A DNA stretch of 44,016 bases from a phage, in sequence record PZ379180.1; one strand, given 5' to 3'. Positions 17,749-27,052 of the stretch are shown piece by piece (within the stretch, counting starts at the first letter, position 1; each line of letters opens with the position of its first letter). The notes under the pieces were generated by a model. It did no database searches, had not been told where the DNA came from, and was given only the letters and a program-made list of their open reading frames with translations. The position numbers were made by a program, and so were the translations under genes.

Positions 17749-17964
17749 ATGCCCCCTGAGCTACTAACCACATTTGAGAAGTACAGGGAAATTAAATTCA
17801 CCCGCCGAGTGGACGACGACGGCATCAAGATGTACCCGCGCGAGCAATTACGATGGTCAGATTTAGTGGCGTACAGCACCGTTTCAGGCCAGAATATAGG
17901 GATGTTCGAATCCGACATCATCATGAGCTTAGACGCTATTTTCGAGGGTAGAAACGATGGCTGA
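17749..17964 (+). CDS. hypothetical protein, possibly distal part of chaperone frameshift extension
   Basis: 71 aa ORF overlapping tape measure start; frame open from 17683. Confidence 0.3.
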   Translation: MPPELLTTFEKYREIKFTRRVDDDGIKMYPREQLRWSDLVAYSTVSGQNIGMFESDIIMSLDAIFEGRNDG

Positions 17965-19036
17965 TGTAGCTAGTTTAGTAGTAAAAGTAACAGAGCAAGG
18001 CGCGAAAGCCACATCAGACCGTCTTGACAACCTTTCAAAGTCCGCAAAAGTAGCGGGGGCCGCCGTAGCAGGCCTTGCTTCTATCGTAGCGGCTACCGCG
18101 TATAAAGCTGCCCAAGAACTGGTTGACTCACAGCGGCAACTGGACAAGATGTCCGCCAGTTTGAAGACCTTAACAGGAAGTACCCAAGGTGCTAAACAGG
18201 CGCTAAGTATCCTGCAAGATTTTGCCCGCGATACCCCATACGGACTGGAGCAGGCGGTGGAAGGCTTCCGTAAGCTGGTGGCCCTTGGCCTTACCCCATC
18301 CGAGGAGGCGTTGCGGTCCTACGGCAATACCGCATCGGCTATGGGCAAGGACCTTAATCAGATGATTGAGGCGGTAGCCGACGCCAGTACGTTTGAGTTC
18401 GAACGCCTAAAAGAATTCGGCATCAAAGCCAAGCAGAACAAAAACGACGTAGAGTTTACATTCCAGGGGACAACAACCGTAGTTAAGAAAAGCGCTGCCG
18501 ATATTGAGCAGTATTTACTTAATATTGGTAACGTAAATTTTGCCGGTGCCATGGCGGACCAGGCCAACACCCTTAATGGCGCTATCGCGAGCGCCAGTGA
18601 CTCATGGTCGCAGCTAAAAATGACGCTTGCCACCAGTCTTGATGTTGGCGCACTTGCGGAACCTATCAGGTATATCAATGACTTGATCCAGGAATTAAAT
18701 GCGTCTGTTGCTTCCGGTGAATTAGCCGCTGAAATGCAGATGTGGGGGAACATCGCGTCGGAAGTAGGAAGCGCTATCGAGATGTCATTCGACGCTGCGT
18801 TTGGCTTTGTTGGCGATGCCATCAACGGGCTTAATGAACTGTGGGATTTCAGCAGCAAGAGTATTACGGATAGCGGAGAACAAACGGCTACTACCATCGC
18901 TGAATCCACCGCCGATGCGCTTGACTTCATCGCGGAAGAGTTCACCGCGATGGAGAGATTCTTTGAAGATATGGTTAAAGGCGCGCAGGACGCGGGCCGT
19001 CTTGTACGAGCCGCTTTTACCCCAGGGAATCAGTAG
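17957..19036 (+). CDS. tape measure protein, fragment 1
   Basis: Ala/Gln-rich helical 359 aa ORF after chaperone; frame breaks between 18979 and 19036. Confidence 0.75.
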   Translation: MADVASLVVKVTEQGAKATSDRLDNLSKSAKVAGAAVAGLASIVAATAYKAAQELVDSQRQLDKMSASLKTLTGSTQGAKQALSILQDFARDTPYGLEQAVEGFRKLVALGLTPSEEALRSYGNTASAMGKDLNQMIEAVADASTFEFERLKEFGIKAKQNKNDVEFTFQGTTTVVKKSAADIEQYLLNIGNVNFAGAMADQANTLNGAIASASDSWSQLKMTLATSLDVGALAEPIRYINDLIQELNASVASGELAAEMQMWGNIASEVGSAIEMSFDAAFGFVGDAINGLNELWDFSSKSITDSGEQTATTIAESTADALDFIAEEFTAMERFFEDMVKGAQDAGRLVRAAFTPGNQ

Positions 19037-19074
19037 ACGTAGCTAAAAATATCAACTTCCAGCTTGGCCTGGCT

Positions 19075-19371
19075 TTGGATACCCAGCGCGATGTCGCCGA
19101 CGTTACGCGTAAAAGTTTCCGCGAACAGGTAGAAGCTCAACAGGATATTGTAGCGTTAAAACGCGCGGCGTATGACATCGATAAGGAGTCCGCAAAAGCT
19201 GAGGGGTTAAACAAATTTAAGGTAACCGGAACTGGCGGCGGTTCTGACGATGACGGGTCAGCCGCAAAAGCTGCTAAGAAAGCGGCGGACGCGTTCGAGC
19301 GCCAGAAAAAGCGGCGGAAGACTTCTACTATCAGTCAATCCATCTTAATGATGACGTATTTCAGAAAATAG
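19075..19371 (+). CDS. tape measure protein, fragment 2
   Basis: -1 frame open from 18979 to 19371; breaks at A5 run 19306-19310. Confidence 0.6.
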   Translation: MDTQRDVADVTRKSFREQVEAQQDIVALKRAAYDIDKESAKAEGLNKFKVTGTGGGSDDDGSAAKAAKKAADAFERQKKRRKTSTISQSILMMTYFRK

Positions 19372-19400
19372 AAGCTAACCAGGAAGAGCAACTGTCTAAG

Positions 19401-20294
19401 TTGCAGGATTTTTATAGCAATAAGCTTCTTAGCGACCAACAGTACGAAAACGCCAAGACGCAGATTATGCTCTCTGCCGAACAGGCCCGCCAGGAAGAAC
19501 TGGACAAGAAAAGGAAAGAAGCCCAGGAGAAGCAGCAGAAAGGTGATGATTTCATGGCTCAGATTATGGGCCAGAACGCCACCGAGCTTGAGCTTCTGGA
19601 TATTCAGGAACAGCAGAAACTGGCGGTAGCCGATAAGTACCAGGAACAAGGTCTGATTAGCGAGAAGCAGTATCAGGCCGCGCTTAACGCCATCAACGAG
19701 CAGTACGCAACCAAGCGTGCCGACGCAACGGCAACAGCTTTCGGTAACATGGCTTCAAACATCGGGTCTGCGTTGGGCGAGGCTTCTGGTGCGTACAAGG
19801 CATTCGCTATCGTACAGGCCACTATAGCCACGTACACCGCAGCTATCGAGGCGTACAAGTCAACGGCTGCTATCCCTGTAGTCGGTCCGTTCCTGGCCCC
19901 AGTAGCCGCTGCTGCTGCTGTTGGGGCCGGTATGGCGCAGATTTCCGCTATCAGGTCAGCACGTGAACAGGGTGGACAGTTATCCGCCGGGCAGGCTTCC
20001 ACCATCGCCGAACGCGGTAAACCTGAGGTAATTATGCCGGCGGGGGCGTCGCGAGTACGCACCGCGCAACAAATGAAAGAGATTATGGGCCAAAACGGGT
20101 CTTCTTCCGGCCCATCTAATGTTACTATCGTAAACAACACGAGTTCGCAAATCGGCAACGTATCCACCGAGCAGGATGATGAAGGCCGTCTGCGTATCAT
20201 CATAGAAGAGCAAGTTGCTGCATCTTTGCAGAACAGCAACAGTAAGATTAGCAAGGCCCGCAAGGCCACAAGAAACGCGCCGGGGTTTAAATAA
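19401..20294 (+). CDS. tape measure protein, fragment 3
   Basis: Frame open from 19278; Q/E-rich coiled coil and hydrophobic AAIPVVGPFLAPVAAAAAVGAG segment. Confidence 0.7.
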   Translation: MQDFYSNKLLSDQQYENAKTQIMLSAEQARQEELDKKRKEAQEKQQKGDDFMAQIMGQNATELELLDIQEQQKLAVADKYQEQGLISEKQYQAALNAINEQYATKRADATATAFGNMASNIGSALGEASGAYKAFAIVQATIATYTAAIEAYKSTAAIPVVGPFLAPVAAAAAVGAGMAQISAIRSAREQGGQLSAGQASTIAERGKPEVIMPAGASRVRTAQQMKEIMGQNGSSSGPSNVTIVNNTSSQIGNVSTEQDDEGRLRIIIEEQVAASLQNSNSKISKARKATRNAPGFK

Positions 20295-20794
20295 TGAGCG
20301 ACTTATACTTTCCACGTAGCCTTAAGCCGGTGGTATCAAAAGGCTACTCAATGACCAGACGTAACAACGTCTGGAGTGTAGATTTAGCGGGCGGCGGGGT
20401 GCGTCAGGGGCGCGACACGTATTACGACGTGTTCCCGATAAGCGTAACTCTGATTACATCGGCATTGGGGCGGCAGGCGTTTCTGTCGTTCCTAGAAAAA
20501 GTAGACGGCGGTGCGTCAAGTTTCTGGATGGCGCACGACTTCGGCATGGGTATTGAGGATTACCAGGTAACCATTACGTCCACTATCGCCGAGTCCACCG
20601 AAGACGGGATTAACTGGACGATTACTTTCACGGCAACCGCCGAGAAATCGCCGTTCCAGGACCTTGAGAACCAGTGCCTTGTTAACAATCTGCCGGATTT
20701 GTATGGTTGTTATGGTGACGGGTTGGGGTGTTTCCTTAAAGCCTACGGAACCGCACAATCAACGTTTCCACGAATTTGGGAACCGATGCAATGA
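20294..20794 (+). CDS. minor tail protein (M-like)
   Basis: 166 aa ORF directly after tape measure, ATGA overlap. Confidence 0.55.
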   Translation: MSDLYFPRSLKPVVSKGYSMTRRNNVWSVDLAGGGVRQGRDTYYDVFPISVTLITSALGRQAFLSFLEKVDGGASSFWMAHDFGMGIEDYQVTITSTIAESTEDGINWTITFTATAEKSPFQDLENQCLVNNLPDLYGCYGDGLGCFLKAYGTAQSTFPRIWEPMQ

Positions 20795-21306
20795 GCCAGG
20801 AATCAGTAGAAGCCGCCTATCGCCGTAAGCTGGCCTCCAACCCCGACGGCGAGATGGACTACATCACGTTGCAAATCAGCCACCCGTTGCTGTCAAAGAC
20901 GTACTATCTTGTGCGCGGGCTACAGGAACTTACGGCAACGCTGGAGACGGGAGAAACAATCACGTTCGAACCTACCCCGATGGAGGCGTCGGGGGCGGCT
21001 AACAACAGTGATATGGACCAGACGACAACATTCACTCTGCCGGATATTCTCAATCAACTGGATGATGAGATGGATAAAATCCCGATGAGTAATACCGAGT
21101 TACCGAAGTTCATATTCCGCCGTTACGTCAGCACTGACCTGTCTTACCCGGCTGACGGCCCTGTCGTGTACGAGTTACAGGCCATTAATCAGGAGAAGGG
21201 CGAGTTCTCCGCAGATGTCGGTACACCTATGCTGAACCAACGAAGCACTGGTATACTGATGACACCTAAAGAGATACCGTTATTACGCGGCCTGTTGACC
21301 ACATGA
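20791..21306 (+). CDS. minor tail protein (L-like, putative)
   Basis: ATG 20791 overlapping upstream stop; position in distal tail cluster. Confidence 0.45.
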   Translation: MSQESVEAAYRRKLASNPDGEMDYITLQISHPLLSKTYYLVRGLQELTATLETGETITFEPTPMEASGAANNSDMDQTTTFTLPDILNQLDDEMDKIPMSNTELPKFIFRRYVSTDLSYPADGPVVYELQAINQEKGEFSADVGTPMLNQRSTGILMTPKEIPLLRGLLTT

Positions 21307-21668
21307 ATATTAACGACTACACGGGAATACCTTACGACTTTCGCAAACGCAATTGCTGGCATCACGTTCGCATTGTACGGGCCGATGCCGGGTTAGAAAC
21401 CCCGGCGTTCGACGTTACAAGCCCAACGGCGATTAACGAAGCGTTCGACGAAGGCCATCGTGACACGAAGGGGCTTACGAAGATTGATAAGCCTGAAAAC
21501 TTCTGTGCGGTGCTTATGGGGTATCGCCGTGGCGGTCGTATCGTGTGGCACGCGGGAGTTTACTTCGACGGGATGGTGAGTCATTGCGAGCTTGCGTCCC
21601 GTCAGGTACGACTTGACCGGCTGGCGGACCTCAGAGACACGTACACGGAGATTGAATTTTGGCGATAA
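21303..21668 (+). CDS. tail assembly protein (K-like, putative)
   Basis: 121 aa with Cys/His residues (CWHHVRIV...H) in K-like position. Confidence 0.4.
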   Translation: MNINDYTGIPYDFRKRNCWHHVRIVRADAGLETPAFDVTSPTAINEAFDEGHRDTKGLTKIDKPENFCAVLMGYRRGGRIVWHAGVYFDGMVSHCELASRQVRLDRLADLRDTYTEIEFWR

Positions 21669-24226
21669 TCCTGCACTACACGCGAAATGCCGACGGGGCT
21701 TTCAACCGTACAAAACACGTCGGGATGCCGATGGAGTTTGTCGTTAACCGTATCCCGGACGGCGTTCCGGTACGCGTCTATCTTGGCGAGATTGGTGATG
21801 ATACTGATGTTACAGACGACTTCGACGCGCTCAAAGACGAGGACGCCGTGTACCACATTATTGAGGGCGCTGGCGGCGGCATTGGCGACGCCATCGGGAG
21901 TGTATTCAGTTTCATCCTTAAGCCAATCGCCAAATTGTTCGGGCTAAACACAGCGGCTAACGCTAATTATTCCGCTACCAACAATCAGGCTACGTCGCCT
22001 AACAACAGTCTCACCGACCGCTCAAACAAGCCACGACCTTATGAGCGTTCCTATGATATCTGCGGGACAGTGCAGACCATCCCCAATGACCTGATGCAAA
22101 CATATAAGGTGTTTAATGCCTCTGGGGTACTTATTGAATATGCGTACTATGACGCCGGTCGAGGGTATCTGCATATTGAGGAAGACGGTGTAACTGAGGC
22201 AGATACCCGAATCAGCGAGATAACTGGCTCGTCGGTGGCGGTGTATTCCCCTTACACTTCGCCGAATAACACCAACGCCCCACAATTGCATATTGGCGAC
22301 CCGATAGACCAGAAATTGTACGTTACATTTAAAAACGCCGATGTCGATGGCGCTGTTCTTCCCGCCCCTAATGATATCGCTATAGACGTGCAGGACTACA
22401 CTGTCCAGCGGCAGGGAACAACCGGCGTTGTAATAGGCGATGACGCTGGTTTCGATGAGTTTTTGGCTGTCGGAGACCTGGCATATTTCGATAACGTATA
22501 TGCGGACACAACTCCTGGGTCTTTAGGTAATGAGGTTAACTTAGACGGGAGGTACACTGTTCTTTCGGTTAGTGAAACCACCCTTATTGTGGACGTCAGT
22601 ACAAATCAATCAGTATGGAACCAGCTAGGGGCGTCTGTGTGGTTTATAGGTGAAGAGGGTAACCATCTTATAGGCCCGGCGGACACTTACGCGGCTTCTC
22701 TCTCTGAATGGGCGTACATCACCCGCGGTATTGTCGACCGTGTTGTAGCCAATGTCGCCGCCAGCAACGGCATGTATAAATACAACGGCGACTATAACCG
22801 CGCTTCAGTGACAGTGGAACTGCAATACCAGATGGTTGATGAGCTGAAACAGCCTGTAGGTGATATATTCACCGTGCAAGGCACTGTTACAGGGAGAAAC
22901 ACCGATTACACTGGTATTACCCTATACGGAAGCTTGCCTACCGCTTCCAGATTCCGCGCCCGTATGCGCCGTGTTTCCGATACTGATAAAGATTTTGAGG
23001 GTACTGTTAGCGACGAGGTTACTTTCACTAATATGTACGGGCAGTCACTGGATACAACCCCGCACTACGGCAACCGCACTACTGTACACTGCGCTCGTAA
23101 ACAAACCCCACGTGCCGCCGAGGTGTCAGAACCGGAACTGCGCATGATTGCTACCGAGATGTGCTACAAATACTTAGGTAACGGCGTATTCGATACGGTA
23201 ATGACACCGAACACTCAGGCCGTGCAGTCGCTAATCAGGCTGGCGCGTGACCCTGTGGTGGGTAATCTGGAACTGACAACGGCAAATATGGACAAGTTAC
23301 TTGCCGTGCAGGAAGAAATTGAGTCGTATTTTGGCAGTGAATTAGCCGGGCAGTTCTGCTACACGTTCGACGACTACGACACCACGATGCAGGACATCGT
23401 TCAGACCATCGCGGAAGCCGTTTTCTGTACTGCGTACCGTAAAGGTGCGGATATTATGCTGCGATTTGATCGTCCGGTTGCGGGGCCCGAAATGGTGTTC
23501 ACCCACCGCAGCAAAACTACTGGTACAGAGAAATGGACGCGCACGTTCAACGATTCGACAACCTATGATAGCCTGTCGTTCTCATACATCGACCCGGATA
23601 CTAACGTACAGGAAACGATTTATATCCCGGAAGAACTCGGCGCGAACACCGAGGAATATGAATCGAAGGGCGTACGTAACTATCAGCAGGCATATTGGCT
23701 GGCGTGGCGTCGCTACCAGCGCAACGCGTTAAGTAAAGTTGTCGTAGAGTTCGAAGCTACCGAAGAGGGTGCACTCGCTACACCGGGTGGTGTAATCAGC
23801 GTGGTTAAAGGTTCACGTATCGCGCCTCAGGATGGTTATGTTGTTGCCGTTAATGGGCTTACGCTGACACTGTCGCAACCTGTTACGTTTACCCCTGGCG
23901 ATGACCACTCCATCATCCTCAAGAAGCGCGATGGCTCCGTGCAGAGTATTTCTGTTATCAAAGGAAGCCACGACCGCGAGGTGATTATGCTCTCCGCGCC
24001 GGAGGAGGCAATCTACACGGGGAATAGCGCACTAAAAACTGAGTTTTCATTCGGCAACGAAGCAAGGCATAATGCTCAGAAGATAGTTGTTTCTTCAACC
24101 GACCCCGGCGACGACCGCACGGTCAAGATTACTGGTTACAACTATGACGACGGATTCTATAAATACGACGGCGTCGCGCCATACGGCAGCAGCTTCTCCG
24201 ACGGATTCAGCAATGGTTTTAATTAA
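21659..24226 (+). CDS. tail tip / host specificity protein (J-like)
   Basis: 855 aa ORF in J position; TTG start per ORF track, start uncertain. Confidence 0.6.
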   Translation: MAIILHYTRNADGAFNRTKHVGMPMEFVVNRIPDGVPVRVYLGEIGDDTDVTDDFDALKDEDAVYHIIEGAGGGIGDAIGSVFSFILKPIAKLFGLNTAANANYSATNNQATSPNNSLTDRSNKPRPYERSYDICGTVQTIPNDLMQTYKVFNASGVLIEYAYYDAGRGYLHIEEDGVTEADTRISEITGSSVAVYSPYTSPNNTNAPQLHIGDPIDQKLYVTFKNADVDGAVLPAPNDIAIDVQDYTVQRQGTTGVVIGDDAGFDEFLAVGDLAYFDNVYADTTPGSLGNEVNLDGRYTVLSVSETTLIVDVSTNQSVWNQLGASVWFIGEEGNHLIGPADTYAASLSEWAYITRGIVDRVVANVAASNGMYKYNGDYNRASVTVELQYQMVDELKQPVGDIFTVQGTVTGRNTDYTGITLYGSLPTASRFRARMRRVSDTDKDFEGTVSDEVTFTNMYGQSLDTTPHYGNRTTVHCARKQTPRAAEVSEPELRMIATEMCYKYLGNGVFDTVMTPNTQAVQSLIRLARDPVVGNLELTTANMDKLLAVQEEIESYFGSELAGQFCYTFDDYDTTMQDIVQTIAEAVFCTAYRKGADIMLRFDRPVAGPEMVFTHRSKTTGTEKWTRTFNDSTTYDSLSFSYIDPDTNVQETIYIPEELGANTEEYESKGVRNYQQAYWLAWRRYQRNALSKVVVEFEATEEGALATPGGVISVVKGSRIAPQDGYVVAVNGLTLTLSQPVTFTPGDDHSIILKKRDGSVQSISVIKGSHDREVIMLSAPEEAIYTGNSALKTEFSFGNEARHNAQKIVVSSTDPGDDRTVKITGYNYDDGFYKYDGVAPYGSSFSDGFSNGFN

Positions 24227-24238
24227 AGAGGACTCTAT

Positions 24239-26374
24239 ATGTCAAGCGGATGCGGTGACGTTTTAAGCCTGGCGGATTTACAGACCGCCAAGAAACATCA
24301 GATTTTCGAGGCCGAGGTTATCACTGGCAAATCCGGCGGTGTAGCTACGGGTGCAGACATTGATTACGCAACAAATCAGGTTACGGGACAGACCCAGAAG
24401 ACCATGCCTGCGATATTGAGAGATATTGGATTTGAACCCGCTTCTTTTGATTTTACCACAGGCGGTACCCTCACTTCTTCGGACCGAAATAAAGCCGTTT
24501 TGTGGCCTATGGCGGATGGTGGAGATGGGGATTGGTACTATTGGGAGGGCGCGCTGCCGAAGGTTATCCCGGCCGCATCAACTCCTTCGTCTACTGGTGG
24601 TGTCGCTGAGGGGGCCTGGCGTCCTGTCGGGGATATTCAACTACGCGCACAGCTTGCGTCTAGCGATGACGTGTTTGGCGACATGTTGGTTGCGGTTAAA
24701 CAGCCGTACTATGGTTCTGTACTCCAAACGCAACACAATAAAAACTCCCGAATCCTAGACCTTTACGATTTCAACGGCCTACCATCCAATGCCGATAACA
24801 CATCTGCATTGAATTCGGCCTTATCTGCCATTAACTCTATGGGCGGCGGCTTGCTGCGTATTAATATTCCTGGTGTTTATCTCATATCAGGGACGATAAC
24901 TGTTTACGCAAACACACATATAGTCATGGATGATGGTGTTGTTATTCGCCGAAACTACACAACAGGCGATAGTATGGTGAACCTTGCCCGCAATTCTGCT
25001 AGCAATGTCACTATCTCCGGCGGAGAGTTCGATGGCAACGCGCAAAACATGGGCGATACCGCCTTCAATATTATCTCCAGCACACTGAATACCGACCTCA
25101 AGTTTATAGGGGTTAAGTTCAGTAATGTTTGTGACTACCACTGCATCGACATCGCCGGATGGAAGCGCGTTGTCATTCGTGACTGCGTCTTTTCGGGATT
25201 CAAGTTAGTAGACCCATCACGAAACTATTCGGAAGCCATCCAGCTAGACCCAGGTGATATAAGCATCGGCACACCGACACAATGTAACGATTTGACAGTA
25301 GACAACTGCATCGTCATGCCAAACGCAAACTCTTCGCTCGGCAGTTTTGGCGCTTTGGTGGGAAATCACGCCACCTCATACGGCATACAGGATAACAATA
25401 TAAAAATAATCAATAACACCACAGAGGGGTGTCTTTTTGCCGGTGTTAGGGTTTTCAACTGGAGAAACTACCTTATTGCGGGTAATACATTCAGGGACTC
25501 TACCGGGCGCGGTGTGCACGTAACGCCGTATCCAAACTCAACTAAACCGCAGGGTTCGCGCCACGGTCGCATCGTAAACAATAATTTTATAAATGTACGC
25601 AACCCCGTGCTATTGGTCGCAGCTACCTGGCCCTTCACGGATGCCTCCGATGTTTGGCATGATTACATAGAGATAGTCAACAACTCCATGGAACTAAGTG
25701 AGACGCTCGCCTATGGGATAGATGCAAGATGGTGCCGTAATATCGTCGTATCTGGTAATACCGGTTCGGGCGGGTTGGGGCTTATGTCTATGAGGTTCCC
25801 TAATAAGTTCTCCGTGAAAAACAATACCTGGTCTAACGCTACGAATAATGGTATTTGGATTGCGGAGACCGATGCGACAACATTCATAGGAGCTGGGTTG
25901 ACGGCATTAGGCACTATAGAGGGGAATGTTTTCGAAAATATCGCCTACAATGGCATACATATTAACTGCAAGGCTAACGGCGTTACTATTCGCGGTAACA
26001 CCATGAGCGGTGTCTCTACGGCGGCAACATCCCGCTCCGGCATAACTATAGACTCTGGAGCGAGCAACGTCATAATATCAAACAATTGCATCATGGATAA
26101 TGGTGCGTCGATAAAACCGAACGTTGGTATCATTGCAACAGCTACATGCACAAATGTGCATATGGTGGATAACATCTCCTACGGAGGTGTTTCCCCTATA
26201 AATAACCAAGCCACAGGGAATAGCGTGCTCGTGCATACCGGACCAAATTCACCGATAACAGCAGGCATTGGTGCCCCGGTTGGGTCACAGTACCGTAGAG
26301 TAGATGGGTCCCCCTCAACTAGTTTTTACGTCAAAGAGTCAGGAACAAACTCTATTGGTTGGGTTGCTAAATAA
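24239..26374 (+). CDS. tailspike with right-handed beta-helix (pectate lyase-like) domain
   Basis: 711 aa, repeated N-x-G/T-rich coils (NNIKIINNT, VSGNTGSGG, IRGNTMSG, IISNNCIMDNG); AAAGAGGA RBS. Confidence 0.7.
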   Translation: MSSGCGDVLSLADLQTAKKHQIFEAEVITGKSGGVATGADIDYATNQVTGQTQKTMPAILRDIGFEPASFDFTTGGTLTSSDRNKAVLWPMADGGDGDWYYWEGALPKVIPAASTPSSTGGVAEGAWRPVGDIQLRAQLASSDDVFGDMLVAVKQPYYGSVLQTQHNKNSRILDLYDFNGLPSNADNTSALNSALSAINSMGGGLLRINIPGVYLISGTITVYANTHIVMDDGVVIRRNYTTGDSMVNLARNSASNVTISGGEFDGNAQNMGDTAFNIISSTLNTDLKFIGVKFSNVCDYHCIDIAGWKRVVIRDCVFSGFKLVDPSRNYSEAIQLDPGDISIGTPTQCNDLTVDNCIVMPNANSSLGSFGALVGNHATSYGIQDNNIKIINNTTEGCLFAGVRVFNWRNYLIAGNTFRDSTGRGVHVTPYPNSTKPQGSRHGRIVNNNFINVRNPVLLVAATWPFTDASDVWHDYIEIVNNSMELSETLAYGIDARWCRNIVVSGNTGSGGLGLMSMRFPNKFSVKNNTWSNATNNGIWIAETDATTFIGAGLTALGTIEGNVFENIAYNGIHINCKANGVTIRGNTMSGVSTAATSRSGITIDSGASNVIISNNCIMDNGASIKPNVGIIATATCTNVHMVDNISYGGVSPINNQATGNSVLVHTGPNSPITAGIGAPVGSQYRRVDGSPSTSFYVKESGTNSIGWVAK

Positions 26375-26378
26375 AACT

Positions 26379-26402
26379 AAGGCCCCGTTTGGGGCCTTTT
26401 CT
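26379..26402 (+). terminator. intrinsic terminator
   Basis: AAGGCCCC-gttt-GGGGCCTT hairpin followed by TTTTCTC. Confidence 0.6.
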
Positions 26403-26540
26403 CTACTCTTCTGATAACTTCTCCAGTACAAACGCCAGTTGCGCATTAGCGGCGTCTCTTTGCTGGCGTAATCGTAGAACCTCTTCTTCAAGTTCCTTGA
26501 TACGTTTTTGCAACGCCGGAATCGGGGCTGTGATGTTCAT
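26403..26540 (-). CDS. small coiled-coil protein (45 aa)
   Basis: ATG at 26540 overlapping upstream stop (ATGA); below track cutoff. Confidence 0.3.
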   Translation of the reverse strand: MNITAPIPALQKRIKELEEEVLRLRQQRDAANAQLAFVLEKLSEE

Positions 26541-27052
26541 TTGACAAATTTCCTCGCAAGATACGTTATTTCTTCTTCACAAAGTTCATCGAGGTCGTTA
26601 GATACAAATCCTCTGGTGAATGTTTTGCTGAACTTTAAGCCCGCTTTATCATTGTCACCGGCGCACGCCCAACCATACGGCAAAAGTGACATTTGCTGCC
26701 GTAAGTCAGCTGGTATGTTCGACCCCAATGCGCTAACTGCATTAAACCCACAATTCATCAAAGCAACAGCTTTAAATATGCTTTCGGTGACGAATACCAC
26801 CCCGCTACTTGGCAAATACTCAAGTCCCCATAAACACGGCCTTGTTGTTCGGGTAAAGTACCGCGCGTCTTTAGGGTTTTTACAGTTCTTTTCCGCATGT
26901 GGTTTGTAATGCTGGTACCCGCGTAGCTTACCGTCAAAGCCCCACAGGTAAAACGTAGCTACTCCAGGGCCTAAGACTACCTGGAGACGGTCTGCGTCAA
27001 AACCTCGTGACAGCAGATGCGCCTTAAGTAGTAACTCCTCGCCATCCATCAT
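26537..27052 (-). CDS. TOPRIM domain protein (primase-associated, putative)
   Basis: VFVTESIFKAVAL and CAGDNDKAG segments resemble TOPRIM acidic motifs. Confidence 0.45.
   Translation of the reverse strand: MMDGEELLLKAHLLSRGFDADRLQVVLGPGVATFYLWGFDGKLRGYQHYKPHAEKNCKNPKDARYFTRTTRPCLWGLEYLPSSGVVFVTESIFKAVALMNCGFNAVSALGSNIPADLRQQMSLLPYGWACAGDNDKAGLKFSKTFTRGFVSNDLDELCEEEITYLARKFVK

Noticed and set aside
19303-19311. Programmed frameshift as the primary explanation for the tape measure break
   Set aside because: The tape measure must be made full length at high yield, and many other genes show similar homopolymer frame changes, so an indel error is more parsimonious; kept as a minor alternative
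19673-20269. 198-aa minus-strand ORF
   Set aside because: Antisense to the Ala-rich tape measure region (hence Ala/Cys-rich); shadow ORF
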